Assembly (NCBI GenBank): GCA_965644295.1
Contig: CBFFRP010000444.1
Coordinates: forward strand, 1-12,668
Reading direction: 5' to 3'
From: Paraphysomonas bandaiensis
Taxonomy: Eukaryota > Protista > Chrysophyceae
Length of the DNA stretch: 12,668 bases
Below the pieces are notes generated by a model. That model saw nothing but the letters and a program-made list of their open reading frames with translations, was not told where the DNA came from and did no database searches. Positions within the stretch are counted from its first letter, which is position 1. Each line of letters begins with the position of its first letter. The position numbers and the translations under genes are program-made. This document shows, one piece after another, positions 8,309 through 12,668 of this stretch.

Positions 8309-8876
8309 GTCAGAACTAAAATTTAGAATTACAATTTAACTCTGATATCCTACAAAAGCAGTTTGTGCATCTCCGCAAGCACCAAGGTGCAACCACTTTT
8401 GCTCTATTACTCAAAGAAAACGCAGTGAGTAAGCAGAATGTTGATATATACCTGATATCTGCTAACTTCAGAATTTTTGAGTCCTTAAAGTGAGCCCGGA
8501 TGCTTGACCTCAGCACCTCGGTTACCCTTGAAGTTGACCCATTCCCGGATGCCTGTGCTTTCGTCAGGGCCCAAAGACGTCTACACATGTGACACTCATA
8601 TTAGTGTCTCTTGTACCACGCAAGCATTTGGCTGTGCGAGGGCAGAACGTTACCTGCTGGCTATATGTTTGCGGCTCACGTTAGTTTCTCGGATAAATAT
8701 CTCTGGTACTTATCCCCCAGAATACCACGAACTTTGTTGAGGGGTGTAAAGCACACAATATTACGTGTAAGTATCAGAGTATTGAAAAGCGACTATGTAT
8801 ATATAACAAGCAAGAGGCACTTCTGTAGCTTTCGTATAAACTATATCTCTTTAATTACTGTAGCCTAGAAATAAAA
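8309..8876 (+). repeat. Dispersed ~0.6-kb repeat, copy 3
   Basis: Direct repeat of copy 2, for example CCAAAGACGTCTACACATGTGACACT, GAGGGCAGAACGTTACCTGCTG and CCACGAACTTTGTTGAGGGGTGTAAA. Its 5' end GTCAGAACTAA is shared with rc of copy 1. Confidence 0.95.
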
Positions 8877-9515
8877 GATTTGGAATCAGAAATTGTTTGA
8901 TCATAAATAAGTAATCTAAATAACTATTTTCAAGTAAGGACGATGCTTTCGATTTCGGGGTCCTGATGGAGAACGTGCACAATTTCTACGTGTTTAAATT
9001 TAGTACTTTTGATTGTATTTAGAATAGATATAACACTAAATTTTGATTAATGCTGAATAACACTTTGTTTTTAACTTAATTAACAGTTAAAAATATATGT
9101 ATACATGTGCGTGCGTACTTGAGTACAAGTATTTTGTGCCTACACCTGTAGGACACATGCTCAACCCAAGGTATACCGTATACCTCACTATATTCCCTAT
9201 ACTCAGATCACTGAAAACAGGACATCATTCTGCTTTGACACTTTACCTGTGTGGATTTTTTTCTTTCTGAGTCTATATTAGAGAGCACAGTGGAGCGTAG
9301 ACATATCCTGCAGCAACATAAGTTTGTTATGAGTACTTTCTATCGATGGAAGAGTGTGATGATATTCCTGATTTCTATACAACGCTTGAAATCTTTATTA
9401 AAATACGTCGTCATTATTATATCCACAAACTCTTATTGTAACAATGTTATCATACAGTTTTCGTAATAGTACAGTTAATCTATTATCTAGAGACTACATC
9501 ATGTGCAAAATTTAG

Positions 9516-12081
9516 CTATTGATTTCTCGTCAGAGCACTGTCCTTGAGTTTAATGTCGACAGATATGTGATTTTTCATCAGCTCTGCGTCATCACCTGTA
9601 TCATCATCAGTGCCATGTTGGGGCCCATTTATAGTGATAACTGTCTCTATATTTCGCAGCAGAAGAGAGCAGAGTTGTTCTTGTCCTACCGCTGAGAGAC
9701 CGGTGGCCAAACACATGTATAAGCCTGGTATCAACATACACATTAATACACATGTTTCACGATTGAATGCAATAAGTGAGAAAGCAGTTGACGTAGTATC
9801 GCTATAAACAATTGCAATTACGAACAGTACTACTAATACATGCATTATGAGCACGCATATGCAAAAAAACAATGACAATTACGTTGGTCTCTCTGCAAGC
9901 ATGATAGCCGTCGCAGCTTACGGTAAAGGCTGTCGTTGGCAGATGACGACTCCGAACACTCAGAAATATGACGTATCTGCGCCATTGGAATGAATAATTC
10001 GTAGCTGATGGTCTTCTCAGTTTCAGGTTGTAAACGACTATCAACTAAAACACCTACATATATAGAAAAATTATAAGATAGTTTAATATATGAGATACGA
10101 AGTATTAAACAACCAATATTTCAAGACACAAATTAAATAAAAAAAACAAACAAACATTTTGATGGAGAGCATTACCTAGTGAGGTAGGAACTAACGTATT
10201 GGGCTTATTTGTACGAGCATCCAGTGATCCTTTCTTTGCCACAAGTCCTACGTCATATATTCGAACTACAAACGATACGCTGTGCTCTGCTGTATTTTTA
10301 GCGCGTGTAGGAGGGTTACTAACGAGTCCTTTCATGGTAAACTCCCCTAAAAGAGACTTTCTTTGTTTACTGCAGAGATCTGCAATGTAGGCTTCTTCAG
10401 ACACATCTGGATCAATTTTTTCCTTTTCAACAGCATCGCCCTCATCATTACTTTTCCCCTCAACCGGTTGATCCGAAGATTCCTGCATTATTGGAGCTGA
10501 GAAACTGTGACCAAGGTGTACCTTCTCGGGCGATGTGCAAGCATTTGCTGAGGACATATTGAGCTTACGACGAATGTCTTCTTCCTTGAAAGGAGAATAC
10601 GGAGAGGGCTACACAATACAAAGTATTAAATCGTATGTATAATCTCATACAAATCTGCATGATACAAGCTATACGTGTCATAAAAGTCCATAAAAACGTA
10701 ATTACTCTTTCGTCAATGTTTTTACATCAGTTTCTGATAAACCAAACCATGGTGTAGTCGTTCATGTTTCAGACAGTAGCTACATACCTCTGTACTAGAC
10801 TTATATCCGGCTGACCGAGGTCTGGTCGACATGCTGGAACCCCCAGGATAAACTTTCTGACTTTGTGATCTCCTAAACGACCGAAATAGACCACTAGGTC
10901 CAGCTGAAGATGGGCGGTTAAGTTTCCCTCCTGTAGAAAAGGTAGATAATATAGGTTATAACGGATTACATCATAGATGTATATGTATAATAAGATTTCA
11001 TCTACATAACATATTAAACTTCAGTAATATTTAGGAGTGCTAACAATAGAAAATGAATGCCAAGTAGGTTGCGGAGATAGAAATACTAGCAATGAATTGC
11101 GCCCCATATACGAATACAATGCGCGCACAGTAAAATAGTTTCAGTTCAACTCAACCGTATGTACCACCTGGAGTGCATTTGGATTTGTCCAATAAATGCA
11201 ATGCTGTTGGCGAATTGTGACTTCTTAGTTTTTCAGCTAATTTCTTCCGCTCTTCATATTCCTGCATACCGACACGTCACTTTTTTCCGTATGCACCACC
11301 TACAGCACATATGCTCACGAAATCTGCACAACACACCTTCTCAAATTCTTTGTGGCTATGTCTGGGTTTCATGGTCGTAATGTTATGAAGCAACTCTTCG
11401 TTTGCCTTCTCCATTTTCTCGTTAATTTCATTTTGCTTCTTGGAACGGGCTTTCGCGTGAATTTCTCTAGGACCATAATATATGTAAGAAATCAATAGAG
11501 CACACACCAAACATGCTAAGTGCTATATATGCATCACATCATCCACACTACATATTATTCACTTTGGCTTATACAAATAATATAGACCACTTCAAGTGTG
11601 TCGAATCAATTTCAGAATTACCTATACAACTGGTTGTGATCCTTTGCTTTCGCTGTCCTGCTACTATCAGAAGTTCTGTAAGGACAACTTTCTCCTGCAG
11701 GTGCCGCAAGTATTTCATACAGTTTCGTCATCAGCCTCTCATTTTCCTGTATATAAATGCATTAATACCATGTCGGCAGATACCAATGCAACAAACGATT
11801 CTAACATGCTTTATACGGTCTTGTTTTGTTCGTTTCTTATATGTCGCTCCAAGTGGTTTCGGTTGCGGAGCACTTTTCGTCCATCTGCTCTGATTACGAG
11901 AAGCACTTTCCTATAAAAACCATAAATTATAAACTTTTTCATATAAAAACATTCAAAAAAAATGAAACCGAATAATAGAACATAACAATGTATAGTAATG
12001 TACCTTTAAATTAGCCCAATGACGAGCCATGTGTCTCTCAATTTCACGTTTTTGTACAACTCGATTACCAGACAATTTCAT
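9516..12081 (-). CDS. Hemingway/CFAP97 (KIAA1430)-like domain protein, probable cilia/flagella-associated, ~498 aa, 9 exons
   Basis: Hand-built exons are 12081-12004, 11910-11797, 11746-11622, 11466-11337, 11261-11168 (or 11165), 10930-10788, 10608-10176, 10053-9883 and 9724-9516. Introns are GT-AG, phases are consistent, and the total is 1497 nt. The N-terminus reads MKLSGNRVVQKREIERHMARHWANLK...KRTKQDRIKHVRIENERLMTKLYEIL...ARSKKQNEINEKMEKANEELLHNITTMKPRHSHKEFEKEYEERKKL. This fits the Hemingway/CFAP97 pattern of two R...I..EN..L..(K/R)(L/I) helices followed by KP. RPSSA and RPRSA motifs follow. The last two introns are less certain. Confidence 0.72.
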
Positions 12082-12413
12082 GATAGTTTAAGAAGATTAT
12101 GAATATTTCTATTCGACTAATTGTTCATTTTTCTATTGTATTTAATGATTTGTGTTGTTTGTATTGTTTGTGTGTGTTGGTTTGTATGTATGCAGGAATG
12201 TTTGTCTCTATAGATGTGTTGCATAACAGAGTCTTGAGTTGTTATATATACATATATACACAACACAACCAGTCCGCATCTTATTTTTCGGGAATATAAT
12301 GAAGCAAAAATCTTCTATATTACTGCAGTATAACTACGGCTGGAATACACATAATTGTTGTCTCAATATTAGAGGCATCTTTGAACAAAAATATACACAG
12401 GATGCCGATACGA

Positions 12414-12453
12414 TACATACATACATATACATACATACATATACATACATATA
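12414..12453. repeat. TACA/TA microsatellite upstream of the CFAP97-like gene
   Basis: Tract of TACATACATACATATACATACATACATATACATACATATA. Confidence 0.9.
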
Positions 12454-12668
12454 CAGCAGCAGTGTACATATATAAACAAACCGTTACTTTTCTCCTAACA
12501 TACAGATACCCAATCAACTCATAATACAATTATATGATTGGTTGTTTCTCCTCCCCCACACCTACGTCTATTATCCAATCAATAGGATACAACATGATTT
12601 CATTGGTAGAAAATATACCGAACATCGGTCCCGTTTGTCCCATTTTTGTACTCTTATGTTTGTTCCTA

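Noticed and set aside
8470-8640. Stop-codon reassignment to explain in-frame TGA/TAA/TAG in the repeat
   Set aside because: The three intact genes have no internal stops and end in TAG or TGA, and the repeat copies also carry frameshifts, so decay is the simpler explanation.
8935-9165. tRNA or structured ncRNA (short hairpins such as CCTACA-CC-TGTAGG near 9139)
   Set aside because: There is no cloverleaf, A/B box or other recognisable motif, and the stems are short enough to arise by chance.
9802-10044. 80-aa minus-strand ORF as an exon of the CFAP97-like gene
   Set aside because: A different frame (GVLVDSRLQPETEK...) gives phase-consistent GTAATG and GTAATT donors and more protein-like sequence.

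Overview
AT-rich eukaryotic DNA with short GT-AG introns (about 50 nt upward). The gene content suggests a flagellated protist, probably a stramenopile (inference). Three spliced genes can be built by hand. (1) A 2-exon, signal-peptide-bearing stefin-type cystatin on the minus strand (1654-2536) that the ORF track misses. (2) A 7-exon ~692-aa plus-strand gene (3591-6711) with two tandem copies of a beta-rich domain resembling velvet/Rel-type Ig-fold DNA-binding domains, followed by a basic NLS-like patch. (3) A 9-exon ~498-aa minus-strand gene (9516-12081) with an N-terminal Hemingway/CFAP97-like ciliary domain. Non-genic structure includes three copies of a ~0.6-kb dispersed repeat: two form a closely spaced inverted pair at the left edge and one lies at ~8.3-8.9 kb. 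The copies are mosaic and look like a decayed intron-containing gene fragment. There is also a 71-bp intronic minisatellite that multiplies a 5' splice site and folds the extra copies into hairpins, a diverged ~162-bp tandem repeat in the divergent promoter region, microsatellites, and a possible decayed DIRS-like RT/RNase H remnant. All gene models and family calls are by eye, with no searches run.
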